A stretch of 64,000 bases of DNA from Vicinamibacterales bacterium (lineage in GTDB: Bacteria; Acidobacteriota; Vicinamibacteria; Vicinamibacterales; UBA8438). Where the stretch lies: positions 1,968,323-2,032,322 of the forward strand of contig OZ252042.1 in NCBI GenBank assembly GCA_965247955.1. The letters are read 5' to 3'. Shown one piece after another: positions 34,617 through 43,638 of the stretch. A model generated the notes under the pieces. It saw only the letters and a list, made by a program, of their open reading frames with translations. It made no database searches and had not been told where the DNA came from. How positions within the stretch are numbered: position 1 is the first letter of the stretch; the number at the start of each line of letters is the position of its first letter. The position numbers and the translations under genes are program-made.

Positions 34617-34655
34617 GCGAATGGAGCGAATGGAGCGAATGGGGCGAATGGAGCG
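34617..34655. repeat. 9-bp tandem repeat GCGAATGGA, 4.3 copies
   Basis: Units at 34617, 34626, 34635 (GCGAATGGG) and 34644, plus a partial unit. Intergenic, 75 nt upstream of the portal ATG. Confidence 0.8.
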
Positions 34656-34729
34656 CCTTTGGTGCTAGCCAATTCCCCCCCTGTCTCCCACACTAGCGAT
34701 CGTGCCCTCCTGAGGAGGTGCGGTCCGCC

Positions 34730-36157
34730 ATGCCCGTCGATACGCCCAGCCCGGAGTATGAGGCGGCGCTGCCGCGCTGGCAGCGGTGTCGAGATTGCTT
34801 TGAAGGCAGCGATGCCGTCAAGGCGAGAGCGACAGCCTACCTTCCCGCGCTCGAGGGACACCAAGGGTCGTCGCAGAAGTACGACGCGTACAAGACGCGG
34901 GCGGTGTTCTACAACGCGACCGCCCGGACGGTGGCCGGTCTGCTCGGCAGCGTGTTTCGGGCGCCGCCGAGCTGGACGTTCCCGGCCACGATCGAAGACG
35001 ACCTCAAGGACGTGACGCTGATGGGGCGGCCGCTGGTGTCGTTCGCGTTGATGGGCTTCCAGGAACTCCTGGTCACGGGGCGTGTCGGCGTGCAGGTGGA
35101 TATGCCCAAGCAGTCGGAGGACGGGGCGAAGACCCGACCGTATTGGGTGCTCCGGCGGGCGGAGGACATCCTGTCGTGGCGGACGGTCGTGCGGGACGGG
35201 CAGGAGATCTTGACGCGCGTGGTCCTGTCCGAAGTCGTCGAGGAAGACAACCCGGAGGACGAATGGTCGCCGACACTGGTTGATCAGATTCGCGTGCTCG
35301 AGCTCGTGAGCCAAGCGAGCAACGCTGCGACGTACCAGATTCGCCGGTTTCGCAAGAAGCAAGCCTCCAAAAAGACAGAAGACCAATGGGAACAGCATGA
35401 CGAGGTGATCGTGCCGCTGAAGCACGGCGACCCGCTCACCTTCATTCCGTTCCAATTCATCGGGCCAACGAGCGTGACGCCCGCGATTGAGAAGTCCCCA
35501 ATGGTGGACATTGTGGACGTGAACCTGAGCCACTACCGCACGAGTGCGGACTTTGAGCATGGGGCGCATGTGACGGCGTTGCCGACGCCGTGGGTGAGCG
35601 GCGTCGATCCAGAGCTCGTGGACACCTTTCCGATCGGGTCCGACACGGCCTGGGTCCTCCAGGACCCGCAGGCGCAGGCTGGCATGTTGGAGTTTCGCGG
35701 CGAGGGGCTCAAGACGCTGGAACGGTCGTTGTCGGTCAAGCAGGAGCAGATGGCGTCGCTCGGGGCGCGGCTGATCGAGTCGCGCAAAGCGGCGGCCGAG
35801 ACGGCCGAGGCGCTGCGCTTGGCGATGAGCGGCGATCACTCGGTGCTGGCCTCGATGGCGTCGACGTTCGACCAGGCGATGACCAAGGTCCTGCGATGGC
35901 ACGCGGACTGGTCGGGCGCGGACACCACGGCGATCACCTTCGCCGTCAACAAGGATTTCTTTGAGGCCCGCCTGACGGCGCAGGAGGCCCAGGCGTTGGT
36001 GGGCACGTGGCAGGCCGGCGGGATCAGTTTCGAGACGCTGTTCTGGAACTTGCAGGCCGGGGAGTGGATTGAGCCGGGCCGCACGATCGAGCAGGAACGC
36101 GCGTTGATTGCGGCCGGCGAGGAGAATCCCGGCCAGGCGGCCAGCACCACCGAGTAG
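34730..36157 (+). CDS. portal protein
   Basis: 475 aa from ATG 34730 with a GAGGAGG SD upstream. Position after terL. The N-terminal PEYEAALPRWQRCRDCFEGSDAVKA pattern resembles DUF4055-type portals. Confidence 0.7.
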   Translation: MPVDTPSPEYEAALPRWQRCRDCFEGSDAVKARATAYLPALEGHQGSSQKYDAYKTRAVFYNATARTVAGLLGSVFRAPPSWTFPATIEDDLKDVTLMGRPLVSFALMGFQELLVTGRVGVQVDMPKQSEDGAKTRPYWVLRRAEDILSWRTVVRDGQEILTRVVLSEVVEEDNPEDEWSPTLVDQIRVLELVSQASNAATYQIRRFRKKQASKKTEDQWEQHDEVIVPLKHGDPLTFIPFQFIGPTSVTPAIEKSPMVDIVDVNLSHYRTSADFEHGAHVTALPTPWVSGVDPELVDTFPIGSDTAWVLQDPQAQAGMLEFRGEGLKTLERSLSVKQEQMASLGARLIESRKAAAETAEALRLAMSGDHSVLASMASTFDQAMTKVLRWHADWSGADTTAITFAVNKDFFEARLTAQEAQALVGTWQAGGISFETLFWNLQAGEWIEPGRTIEQERALIAAGEENPGQAASTTE

Positions 36158-36166
36158 GACAGCCAT

Positions 36167-37105
36167 ATGCCAGAACGCTTTACCGGCACGGATCGCCCGT
36201 CGTGGGTGACGGACTGGCGGACGCTGCACCGGGTGGCGGACCGGCAGGCCCCGACCGTGGAGCAGGCGTTTGTGGCGCTGGTGGCGGCGGCGCGCGGCGG
36301 GCGGACGCGACGACGGATTCAGCGGGCGCTCCAGCGTGGGAACCGCCGACGGGCGTTGACGATCGCGGTGGAGGCGTGGCAGTCGGCGAGTGAGACGTGG
36401 CGGGCCTCGCTGGTGACCGCGCTCAGGGACACGGTGCTGGCGGCCGCGACGGCGGTGGGGACCCGGATGAGCCAGGACCCCCGGATCGCGTTTCGGATCG
36501 CGTTTTCCGTGACGAACCCCGCCGCGACGCGCTGGGCGGAGACACAAGCCGGCCGGCTGATTCGCCAGATCACGGCGGACCAGCGGCAGTCAATCCGGCG
36601 CGTGATCGTGCAGGCCTTCTCGGAAGACCTGACCACGCGCCAGGTGGCGATCCGCCTGACGGATCAGATCGGGTTGCAGTCGCGGCAGGCTGCCGCCCTA
36701 GAGCGGTTCCGGGCGGACCTGGTTGAGAAGGGGCTGCGCACGGACCGCGTGTCGGTCCTGACGCGCCGCGCCCGTGATCGCATGGTCCGGCGCCGCGCGC
36801 GGTCGATTGCGCGCACGGAGGTCCTGCGGGCATCGAATATGGGCCAGCAACTGTTCTGGGAAGCGGCCGTGGACGCGGGCGAATGGCGAGCTCAGGACGT
36901 GCGGCGGGTCTTCATCGTGACGCCGGACGATCGCTTGTGTCCGATCTGCGCGCCGCTCGACGGGATGATGGTCGGTCTTGATGACGAGTTTGTGTCCCCG
37001 ACGAACGGAGCCTCGGCGGTCGTGCCGCCGATCCATCCGCAATGTCGGTGCGCCCTCGGGATCGTGGAAGCAGAACGGCTGGTGCAGCCGCCGGTGGCGG
37101 CCTGA
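36167..37105 (+). CDS. head morphogenesis protein (Mu F / SPP1 gp7 family)
   Basis: IARTEVLRASNMGQQ ... DDRLCPICAPLDGMMV ... PPIHPQCRCAL. Confidence 0.8.
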   Translation: MPERFTGTDRPSWVTDWRTLHRVADRQAPTVEQAFVALVAAARGGRTRRRIQRALQRGNRRRALTIAVEAWQSASETWRASLVTALRDTVLAAATAVGTRMSQDPRIAFRIAFSVTNPAATRWAETQAGRLIRQITADQRQSIRRVIVQAFSEDLTTRQVAIRLTDQIGLQSRQAAALERFRADLVEKGLRTDRVSVLTRRARDRMVRRRARSIARTEVLRASNMGQQLFWEAAVDAGEWRAQDVRRVFIVTPDDRLCPICAPLDGMMVGLDDEFVSPTNGASAVVPPIHPQCRCALGIVEAERLVQPPVAA

Positions 37106-37127
37106 TCTGACAGACGGAGGAGGACGA

Positions 37128-37940
37128 ATGGCGCTCAAAGCGGTGCTGACGAGCCAGGACGAGTTCAACGCGTTGCCGGAGGCGATGCGCGAACACTACA
37201 CGGAACAGGACGGCACGTGGGGGCTCGCCCTGGACGGACCGACGCGCCAAGAAGCGGCGCTCGGGGCGAAGGTGAACGAGTTCCGAGACACGAATATTGT
37301 GTTGTCGCGCGAACGTGACGAGGCGACACGCGCGGCGGAGGAGACGAAGCAGCAGCTCGCGGCGGTGGATCTCGAGGAGTTCGAGCGCTTGAAGAAGGCG
37401 CACGCGACCTTGGACAAGAAGGGCGTGACGAAGCCTGAGGACATTGACCATCTTGTGCAGCAGGCGGTCGCGTCGGCGGTGAAGCCGATGCAGGACCAGT
37501 TGCAGGCGGCCGCCGAGCGGGAGCAGGCGGCGCACGCGCGCCTCGCGCAGGAATCGTTCACGCGGCTGGTGACGGAGCAGGCGTCTCGAGCGGGGGTCCG
37601 GCCCGAGGCCCTGCCGGACGTGATTGGCCGGGCCGGACAGCACGGGTTTGTGATGCAGGAGGGCCAGGCGGTCGTGCTCGGGGAGCACGGCGTCCCGAAG
37701 GCCAGCACGGAGCACCCCGGCGAGTCGTTCTCGCTGGGCGAGTGGCTCGTGGGGCTCAAGCGCGACGGGGGTGCGCATTTGTTTAAGCCGTCGGTCGGAT
37801 CGGGGGACCAGGGCCAGCCTGGGACGCCGGGTCCGGGGCCGCGGGAGGTACTGCGCGATCCGTCGCCCGTCGAGTTTGGGAAAAACTTGGAGGAGATTGC
37901 GAAGGGCAAGGTCGCCGTCGACCGGACCGCGACAGGGTAG
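37128..37940 (+). CDS. scaffolding protein (putative)
   Basis: 271 aa from ATG 37128. Ala/Glu/Gln-rich helical sequence located between the MuF-like and capsid genes. Confidence 0.55.
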   Translation: MALKAVLTSQDEFNALPEAMREHYTEQDGTWGLALDGPTRQEAALGAKVNEFRDTNIVLSRERDEATRAAEETKQQLAAVDLEEFERLKKAHATLDKKGVTKPEDIDHLVQQAVASAVKPMQDQLQAAAEREQAAHARLAQESFTRLVTEQASRAGVRPEALPDVIGRAGQHGFVMQEGQAVVLGEHGVPKASTEHPGESFSLGEWLVGLKRDGGAHLFKPSVGSGDQGQPGTPGPGPREVLRDPSPVEFGKNLEEIAKGKVAVDRTATG

Positions 37941-38137
37941 CGGGTCGGGTGACGGGCGAAGGAGGGCATCCGCGGGGCGGATGCTCCGGGTACAAGACCG
38001 CGACGGGGTCGCGGGTCGGACGACGGGCCAGGCAGGGAACCTGCGGGGCAGGTTCCCCGGGTTATACCCCGCGACGGGGTCGCGGGTCGGTCGTGCAGCT
38101 CGTGGAGAAGCGTGGAAACCGCGGTGCGGATTCCCGG
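37925..38137 (+). repeat. three tandem 71-nt units, each with two GC-rich hairpins
   Basis: 25-nt heads at 37925, 37996 and 38067 (GACCGCGACGGGGTCGCGGGTCGG). The second hairpins differ in sequence but keep their pairing. See finding. Confidence 0.7.
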
Positions 38138-38188
38138 TCCCCGGGGGGGATACGAAGACAGGACTGGTAATCACACGAAGGAGGCATT

Positions 38189-39307
38189 GTGGCCAATACG
38201 TGGACCGAAGTTGTTCCGAAGTTGCTGGCGCAGGGCTTGATGGCGCTGCGCGAGCAGATCGTCCTGCCGCAGCTGGTCAACCGCGCGTACGAAGCGCTGG
38301 CCGGGCAGCGTGGCTCGACCATCGACGTGCCGATCCCGTCGGCGATCACCGCCACGGAGGTCATCCCGTCCAACACGCCGCCGCCGAACGTCGACAGCGC
38401 CCCGACGAGCGTCCCGATTCCACTGAACCAGTGGTATGAGGCGACGTTCCATCTGACCGACAAGGAAGAGCTGGAGGTCATGCAGGGGGTGATCCCCATG
38501 CAGGCGTCCGAGGCGGTCAAGGCGATCGCGAACACGGTGGAAACGCATCTCTTCGGGTTCTACACGGGCGTGTATGGGTTCGTGGGCACGCCGGGGACAC
38601 CGCCGTTCGCCTCGGACCTGACGGCGTTCACGAACGCGCGGAAGACGCTGCACGAACAGTTGGCGCCGTTTGATCCGCGGTACTGCGTCATCGACCCGGA
38701 CGCCGAAGCGAACGCGCTGAACCTCCGGGCGTTTCAGGATGCCTCGTATCGCGGCGACGCGGCAGGGATCGTAGCGGGCCAGATCGGCCAGAAGCTCGGC
38801 TCGCTGTGGGTGATGAGCCAGCACGTGCCGACGCACACGGCCGGAACCGGCACGAACCACGTCGTCAACAAGGCCGAGGGGTATGCGCCCGGAGCCACGA
38901 CGATCGAGGTGGATGGCGGGACCGGCACGATCCTGGTCGGCGACATCGTGACGTTCGCGGGGCACGACCAGCCGTATGTGGTGACGGCGGCGCTGGCGAG
39001 CGACCAGTTCCGCATCGCGCCGGGGCTGAAGGCGGCGGTCGCGGACGATGCGGCCGTGACGCTCAAGGCGACCCACGTCGTCAATCTCGTGTTCCACCGG
39101 GACGCCATCGCGTTTGCCACGCGGCCATTGGAGGGGACGGTGCGGCCAGGGCTGGGCAGTGTCGTGGAAACGGCTGTCGACCCGACGTCGGGGCTGACGT
39201 TGCGGCTCGAGGTCACGCGGCAGCACAAGCTGACTCGCTACGCGTTCGACATCTTGTGGGGCGCGGCGCTCGTGCGGCCGGAGCTGGCCGTGCGGCTGGC
39301 GGGCTAG
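38189..39307 (+). CDS. major capsid protein
   Basis: 372 aa with a GTG start after GAAGGAGG. Position after the scaffold gene. Sequence has a P22-coat/HK97-fold-like character. Confidence 0.75.
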   Translation: MANTWTEVVPKLLAQGLMALREQIVLPQLVNRAYEALAGQRGSTIDVPIPSAITATEVIPSNTPPPNVDSAPTSVPIPLNQWYEATFHLTDKEELEVMQGVIPMQASEAVKAIANTVETHLFGFYTGVYGFVGTPGTPPFASDLTAFTNARKTLHEQLAPFDPRYCVIDPDAEANALNLRAFQDASYRGDAAGIVAGQIGQKLGSLWVMSQHVPTHTAGTGTNHVVNKAEGYAPGATTIEVDGGTGTILVGDIVTFAGHDQPYVVTAALASDQFRIAPGLKAAVADDAAVTLKATHVVNLVFHRDAIAFATRPLEGTVRPGLGSVVETAVDPTSGLTLRLEVTRQHKLTRYAFDILWGAALVRPELAVRLAG

Positions 39308-39343
39308 CGGGCGCGTCGGAGAAAACCAGCAAGGAGGACGGGC

Positions 39344-39559
39344 ATGCGACAGTTGCCGACGGTACGGATTGCGGATGGGTCCGGCGGGGTGAGGGTGATC
39401 AACGAAACCGACTTCGATCCGGCCGTGCACCAACGGGTGGACGATCCGCCGGGCATGCTCGCCCCTGAACCCGCCGGGCCCGAGCCTCGGCGGGCGGCGG
39501 AGGGGGTGGCTGGAACACCCCCACGCCGCCGACGGCGGCGGGCGAGGAGCACGGGCTAA
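39344..39559 (+). CDS. hypothetical small head-region protein
   Basis: 71-aa ORF with an SD-like AAGGAGG upstream. Arg-rich tail. Confidence 0.3.
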   Translation: MRQLPTVRIADGSGGVRVINETDFDPAVHQRVDDPPGMLAPEPAGPEPRRAAEGVAGTPPRRRRRRARSTG

Positions 39560-40098
39560 TGGCCGTCAGTGATCTCGTGGCGACGCCGGGGGCGTCGGAC
39601 GCCAATACCTACTGCACGGTCGCGGCCGCGGACCAGTACCACGAGAACCATCCGCAGGGTGAGGTGGCGTGGACGGCGTCCGAGGCGGAGCAGAAGCGGC
39701 GCGCGTTGCTGCAGGCCACCCGTCTGCTCGACGCCCATGTGGTCTGGACGGGGTACGCCGCGAGCACCGGGCAAGCCTTGTCCTGGCCCCGGGACGGCAT
39801 GTACGACCGGAACGACTATGGGCTGGACGCGGGGGTCATCCCGCCCGCCCTGCGAGACGCCACGGCCGAGTTCGCGCGACACCTGTTGGATGCGGCCAGC
39901 GACCGCACCGCGGACTCTTCGGTGGTGTCGAGTGGGATCCGCGAGCTCGTGGCGGGACCGGTGGAGCTGACGTTCACGGGCGATCGCCCGGACGTCATCC
40001 CGGATGCGGTGTGGTTTCTGCTCGTGCCGAGTTGGATGGCGCGGGTCCGTCAGCGGTCGAAGCGGACGGCGGCGGTGGTGCCGGTGGTGCGGACATGA
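39559..40098 (+). CDS. head-tail adaptor (gp6/DnaT-like family)
   Basis: SDANTYCTVAAADQYH...AWTASEAEQKRRALLQATRLLD...LSWPR pattern and position. Confidence 0.55.
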   Translation: MAVSDLVATPGASDANTYCTVAAADQYHENHPQGEVAWTASEAEQKRRALLQATRLLDAHVVWTGYAASTGQALSWPRDGMYDRNDYGLDAGVIPPALRDATAEFARHLLDAASDRTADSSVVSSGIRELVAGPVELTFTGDRPDVIPDAVWFLLVPSWMARVRQRSKRTAAVVPVVRT

Positions 40099-40457
40099 GT
40101 CTCGCGGACGTCATCCATAACGGCGTGGCCGTGGCGAACCGGCTCACGCAGTCCGAAGGGATGCAGGTGACGGTCCAGCACGCGGCGGCGACGGAGGAGC
40201 GAGACGACAACGGACGGCCCGTGTTTGCGGCGGCGGTCGACCGAACCGGCCTGTTTCACGCGAAGCCGCGGCGGGTGCTCGACCGCACAGGGGCCGAACG
40301 GATGTCGCACGCGCAGGTGGTGGTGCTCGGGCCGGTGGTCTTCAACACCGAGGACCGGGTGACGCTCCCGGTTGAGGGGACGCGGCCGATTCTCCAGGTC
40401 GAGGCGTTGCTGGATGCGGCCGAGCAGCCGTATCTGACGACCCTGTATTTCGGGTGA
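40095..40457 (+). CDS. head-closure / neck protein (putative)
   Basis: 120 aa from ATG 40095, translationally coupled within the neck gene block. Confidence 0.4.
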   Translation: MSLADVIHNGVAVANRLTQSEGMQVTVQHAAATEERDDNGRPVFAAAVDRTGLFHAKPRRVLDRTGAERMSHAQVVVLGPVVFNTEDRVTLPVEGTRPILQVEALLDAAEQPYLTTLYFG

Positions 40458-40460
40458 GGG

Positions 40461-40859
40461 ATGGCCACGATTGTCGAGATTACGGACTACCTGGTCACCG
40501 AAAGCGTGGCGACGGCCGTCGGGACGGATCTCTTCCGGGATGCGTTGCCGGAAACGTCGCCGGACACGGCGCTGGCGGTGGTCATGACGTCGGGCCCGCC
40601 GTCGGAGCAGGAGTTCGGGCAGGCGGAGCCGTGGCGGGAGTTCCCGCGGATGCAACTGCTCTCGCGGGCGGTGGCGTATGCCGATGCGCGGACGAACTGC
40701 CAAGCCGCGCACGACGCGCTGGGCAAGGTCCAGGCGACGACCCTGGGGACCACCTTCTACGAGTCCATTGCGCCGAACGCGCCGTTTCTGCTCAAGGTCG
40801 ACGCCACGGGGCGGGCGATCTATGCGCTGAACGCGCAGATTACGAAGGAGCTGTCATGA
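40461..40859 (+). CDS. tail completion / neck protein (putative)
   Basis: 132 aa. Position is the only evidence. Confidence 0.4.
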   Translation: MATIVEITDYLVTESVATAVGTDLFRDALPETSPDTALAVVMTSGPPSEQEFGQAEPWREFPRMQLLSRAVAYADARTNCQAAHDALGKVQATTLGTTFYESIAPNAPFLLKVDATGRAIYALNAQITKELS

Positions 40860-41086
40860 GCCGGATTCATCTGACCGACCCGCCGCCGGTGCGCACGAGC
40901 CGGACGCGGCGCAGGACGGACGACCGCTGTCCGCAGTGCCACGCCCCGCCCACGCGGCGGGAGACGTTCGAGGGATTCGGCGGACATCGGACCGTGTGCT
41001 GTCAGGAGTGTGGGTATGACTTCCAAGCAACCGGCGCAGTACCGAGTCCTGGTGGACGGGCTGCGCTATCCCGATCCGGCGGATGA
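40856..41086 (+). CDS. small zinc-ribbon protein
   Basis: CPQC...CCQEC pairs. Overlapping start/stop (ATGA). Confidence 0.3.
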   Translation: MSRIHLTDPPPVRTSRTRRRTDDRCPQCHAPPTRRETFEGFGGHRTVCCQECGYDFQATGAVPSPGGRAALSRSGG

Positions 41087-41306
41087 GCCGTCGGTGCGTG
41101 AGGCGGGTGGCCTATCGGCCTTCGCGGCCCAGGTCTCGGCCGAGGTGTTCGCGGCGGTCGAGGGGCGCCTGCGTCGCCGGACGCGGGGCGAGGTGGTCGA
41201 CGACCTGCCTCCAGAGAGCGTGCCGGCGCTGCTGGCGGACGGGTGGGTGGAAGCGGTCGCGCGCCCACGCCGGACGCGCTGCACCCCTCGACGACAGGAG
41301 GACTGA
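41010..41306 (+). CDS. hypothetical protein
   Basis: 98-aa ORF that overlaps the previous ORF by 77 nt, so at most one of the two starts is right. Confidence 0.25.
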   Translation: MGMTSKQPAQYRVLVDGLRYPDPADEPSVREAGGLSAFAAQVSAEVFAAVEGRLRRRTRGEVVDDLPPESVPALLADGWVEAVARPRRTRCTPRRQED

Positions 41307-41309
41307 CCG

Positions 41310-42038
41310 ATGGGACGCTACGGACCAGGCAGTGTCGGGTTTCTGCTCATTGGGGGCATGAACGTGCGGTCGCGGGTTGCGACGGTCCGGATCAAGACGA
41401 TGACCGAGACCGAGGAGACGCGGCCGTTGGGCGAGTTGTGGGAGCAGCACACGCCGATTGGTATCCACAGCGGCGAGTTGGAGCAGACTGGCTGGTACGA
41501 CGACGCGCTGCGCGGGCTCAACCAGGGCCTGATCGCCCTCGAAGGCACGCCGCAGGTGGTGTGCGTGGCTCCGGCGGGCAACGTGGCGCTGGCGCAGGTG
41601 GTCGGCTACGAGGGCGTGTTCGCGGCGACCTGGGAGCGCGTGGTCGAGCATCAGGGGCTGACGAAAGCCAATGTCACCTACGCCATTGATGGACAGATCG
41701 ACGAAGGCCGCATCGTGCAGCCGCTGACCGCGGTCGACGGGAGCGCGTCGGCGGCGGTCGACTTCGGCGCGGGTTCGACGCAGGGCGGCGCGGTGTATGC
41801 GCAGCTCGAGGCGCTGACGCTCGGCGGCTACACGGATGTCGGGCTGACGGTCGAGCACAGCGTGGACGACGTGACGTATGCAGACCTGGTGACGTGGACG
41901 GGCCAGACGGCGGCGCCGACGGCGGTACGGCTCCCGGTCACGGGAACGATCAACCGGTACGTGAAGACGACCTGGGCCTTCACGGGCACCGGCTCAGGCC
42001 AGAGCCTCACGGCGATGGTGGCACTTGCACGCGGCTAG
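41310..42038 (+). CDS. tail tube-like structural protein
   Basis: 242 aa, beta-rich, located in the tail block upstream of the chaperone and tape-measure genes. Confidence 0.45.
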   Translation: MGRYGPGSVGFLLIGGMNVRSRVATVRIKTMTETEETRPLGELWEQHTPIGIHSGELEQTGWYDDALRGLNQGLIALEGTPQVVCVAPAGNVALAQVVGYEGVFAATWERVVEHQGLTKANVTYAIDGQIDEGRIVQPLTAVDGSASAAVDFGAGSTQGGAVYAQLEALTLGGYTDVGLTVEHSVDDVTYADLVTWTGQTAAPTAVRLPVTGTINRYVKTTWAFTGTGSGQSLTAMVALARG

Positions 42039-42071
42039 GCTGCGGGCGTCAGGACTGGAAGGGAGCAATCA

Positions 42072-42491
42072 ATGGCGAGACGTGGACCCAAGGATGTCAA
42101 GGTCGAGGCGGATAACAGCTCCGGCACACTGAAAGATCTGTCGGTGAACATTCGGAGCATTGGCGGCATCAAGCGGACGTCGACGATGGTCGACGAGGCG
42201 CAAGGCTTCGGCGAAGCGTGGATGAAGACGATCGCGACGGGTGTCCAGAAGGGCGAGGACATCGCGATCGAGGCGTGGTACGACGACGCCAGTGACGGGA
42301 CCCACGAGGTGCTGAGTCAGGCACCGGACGGTCCCGACGCGGCCACGCGGACGCTCAAGGTGACGTTAGGCGGCAGCAAGTCGTCGTCGTGGGAGGGGTA
42401 TTTCGTCGATTACGAGCGGGTGCTGGATCGCGGCACGAACCACATCTGCCGGGCGACGTTCCGGCCGACGGGCGCGCCGACCGAGGTGTAG
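42072..42491 (+). CDS. major tail protein (putative)
   Basis: 139 aa, beta-rich. Position is the main evidence. Confidence 0.45.
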   Translation: MARRGPKDVKVEADNSSGTLKDLSVNIRSIGGIKRTSTMVDEAQGFGEAWMKTIATGVQKGEDIAIEAWYDDASDGTHEVLSQAPDGPDAATRTLKVTLGGSKSSSWEGYFVDYERVLDRGTNHICRATFRPTGAPTEV

Positions 42492-42494
42492 CGG

Positions 42495-42878
42495 GTGGCC
42501 TTCCTCGACTTTCAGCTCAAGGGGATCACGGCGACCGCGCGTGGGATCTCGGCCATCGGCCCGCGGGTCGAGACCCGCATGCGAGGTGTGATGCGGGCCG
42601 TGGCGGAATCGCGGCTGACGGAGATGAAGCGGCGGACGCCGGTCAAGGATGGTCCGCTGCGGAGCTCGCTGCACGTGACGAGGCCGCGTCGGACGTTCAG
42701 CGGCCAGGAGGTCGGGTGGGCGGCCGGTGGACCGAGCGCGCCGTATGCGGCGGTCCAGCATGAAGACACGACGCTCCGGCATACCACCGGGCAGGCGAAG
42801 TTCATTGAGAGTGTGGTGTTTGAACAGTCGACCGCGATGGTCTCGGAGATCGCGGCGGCCATTAGAAAGGTGATCTAG
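42495..42878 (+). CDS. HK97 gp10-family tail component
   Basis: RTPVKDGPLRSSL...YAAVQHEDTTLRHTTGQAKFIE pattern. Confidence 0.6.
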   Translation: MAFLDFQLKGITATARGISAIGPRVETRMRGVMRAVAESRLTEMKRRTPVKDGPLRSSLHVTRPRRTFSGQEVGWAAGGPSAPYAAVQHEDTTLRHTTGQAKFIESVVFEQSTAMVSEIAAAIRKVI

Positions 42879-42883
42879 GAGCC

Positions 42884-43327
42884 ATGTTAGTCACGAAGGA
42901 CACAACCGAGCAGATCCAGATTCCGCATGAGGACGGCCAGTCGATGCAGTTCCGGCGGCTGTCGTGGCTCGAGATGGTCGAGGCCGCGGAGACGGCGGAG
43001 CGTCGCAGCATCAAGAAGATGAACCAGTTTGGCAGCGAGGTGATCGCGGAGATCCTCGCGAGCCACGAAAAGAATGCGGCGGCCACGGCAGATACCGATG
43101 GCGAGGGCGATGGCGACGGCGACGCGACGACGACGACGAAGGGGGCAACGATCGGCAGCTATGACCGCGAGACGCTCCTGGTCAACGGCATCACGGCCTG
43201 GTCGTACGCGGAGAAGCCGTCGCCGAAGACGATCAGACAGCTCGACGCCAAGACCGCGCGGTGGGCGGCTGAGCAGATCTTCGAGCTGAGCCGGGAAGAG
43301 ACCGAGGATGAACGAAAAAATGCCTGA
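42884..43327 (+). CDS. tail assembly chaperone (gpG-like)
   Basis: 147 aa, acidic, immediately upstream of the tape-measure gene. Ends 2 codons after a slippery heptamer. Confidence 0.65.
   Translation: MLVTKDTTEQIQIPHEDGQSMQFRRLSWLEMVEAAETAERRSIKKMNQFGSEVIAEILASHEKNAAATADTDGEGDGDGDATTTTKGATIGSYDRETLLVNGITAWSYAEKPSPKTIRQLDAKTARWAAEQIFELSREETEDERKNA
43315..43321 (+). promoter_or_regulatory. programmed -1 ribosomal frameshift site A_AAA_AAT
   Basis: The zero-frame codons are cgA AAA AAT gcc tga. The -1 frame is open from here to 43638. Confidence 0.6.
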
Positions 43328-43638
43328 TCGCGCTCCACGCCGCGCTGAGCGGCGTGCCGGGCACGGTCCCGCCGTTCACGTGGATCGTCTCGCGGATCTG
43401 CGAGGAGTTTCACTGCCGGCCAACACAGGCCATGCAGGAACTGCGCGACGACCGGTGGCGGATGACGTTTGCCATTCTCGAGATGCGGGCCTACGCCTAC
43501 GCCAAGCATCGGCTGGACACGGCGAAGCCCGGCGACGTACTTGATGAGGTTCCGCTGATGGATGAGGTGCTCGACAACGAGATCGCCCTCGCAAAACAGA
43601 TCTTCGACGAGGACGACGACGAGAACGAGGACGAGTAA
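43321..43638 (+). CDS. -1 frame extension of the tail chaperone (gpT-like part)
   Basis: No stop in the -1 frame from the slip site to TAA 43636-43638. Contains a WIVSRICEEFHCRPTQA motif and an acidic tail. Confidence 0.55.
   Translation, partial: CLIALHAALSGVPGTVPPFTWIVSRICEEFHCRPTQAMQELRDDRWRMTFAILEMRAYAYAKHRLDTAKPGDVLDEVPLMDEVLDNEIALAKQIFDEDDDENEDE

Noticed and set aside
34325-36547. 740-aa minus-strand ORF. Similar long antisense ORFs occur at 36912-38174, 38171-39433, 43159-44613, 47943-49280 and 49810-51159.
   Set aside because: All lie antisense to well-supported phage structural genes. They are Arg/Pro/Gly-rich with no motifs. They are typical shadow ORFs of high-GC DNA.
37925-38091. 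Mini-CRISPR array: three 25-bp partially palindromic repeats with 46-bp spacers, period 71.
   Set aside because: The spacers are themselves homologous (shared GACGGGC, GCGGGG and CCGGGT blocks, and the same hairpin design). No cas genes are present. The first repeat overlaps a stop codon. It is a tandem structured repeat, not a CRISPR.
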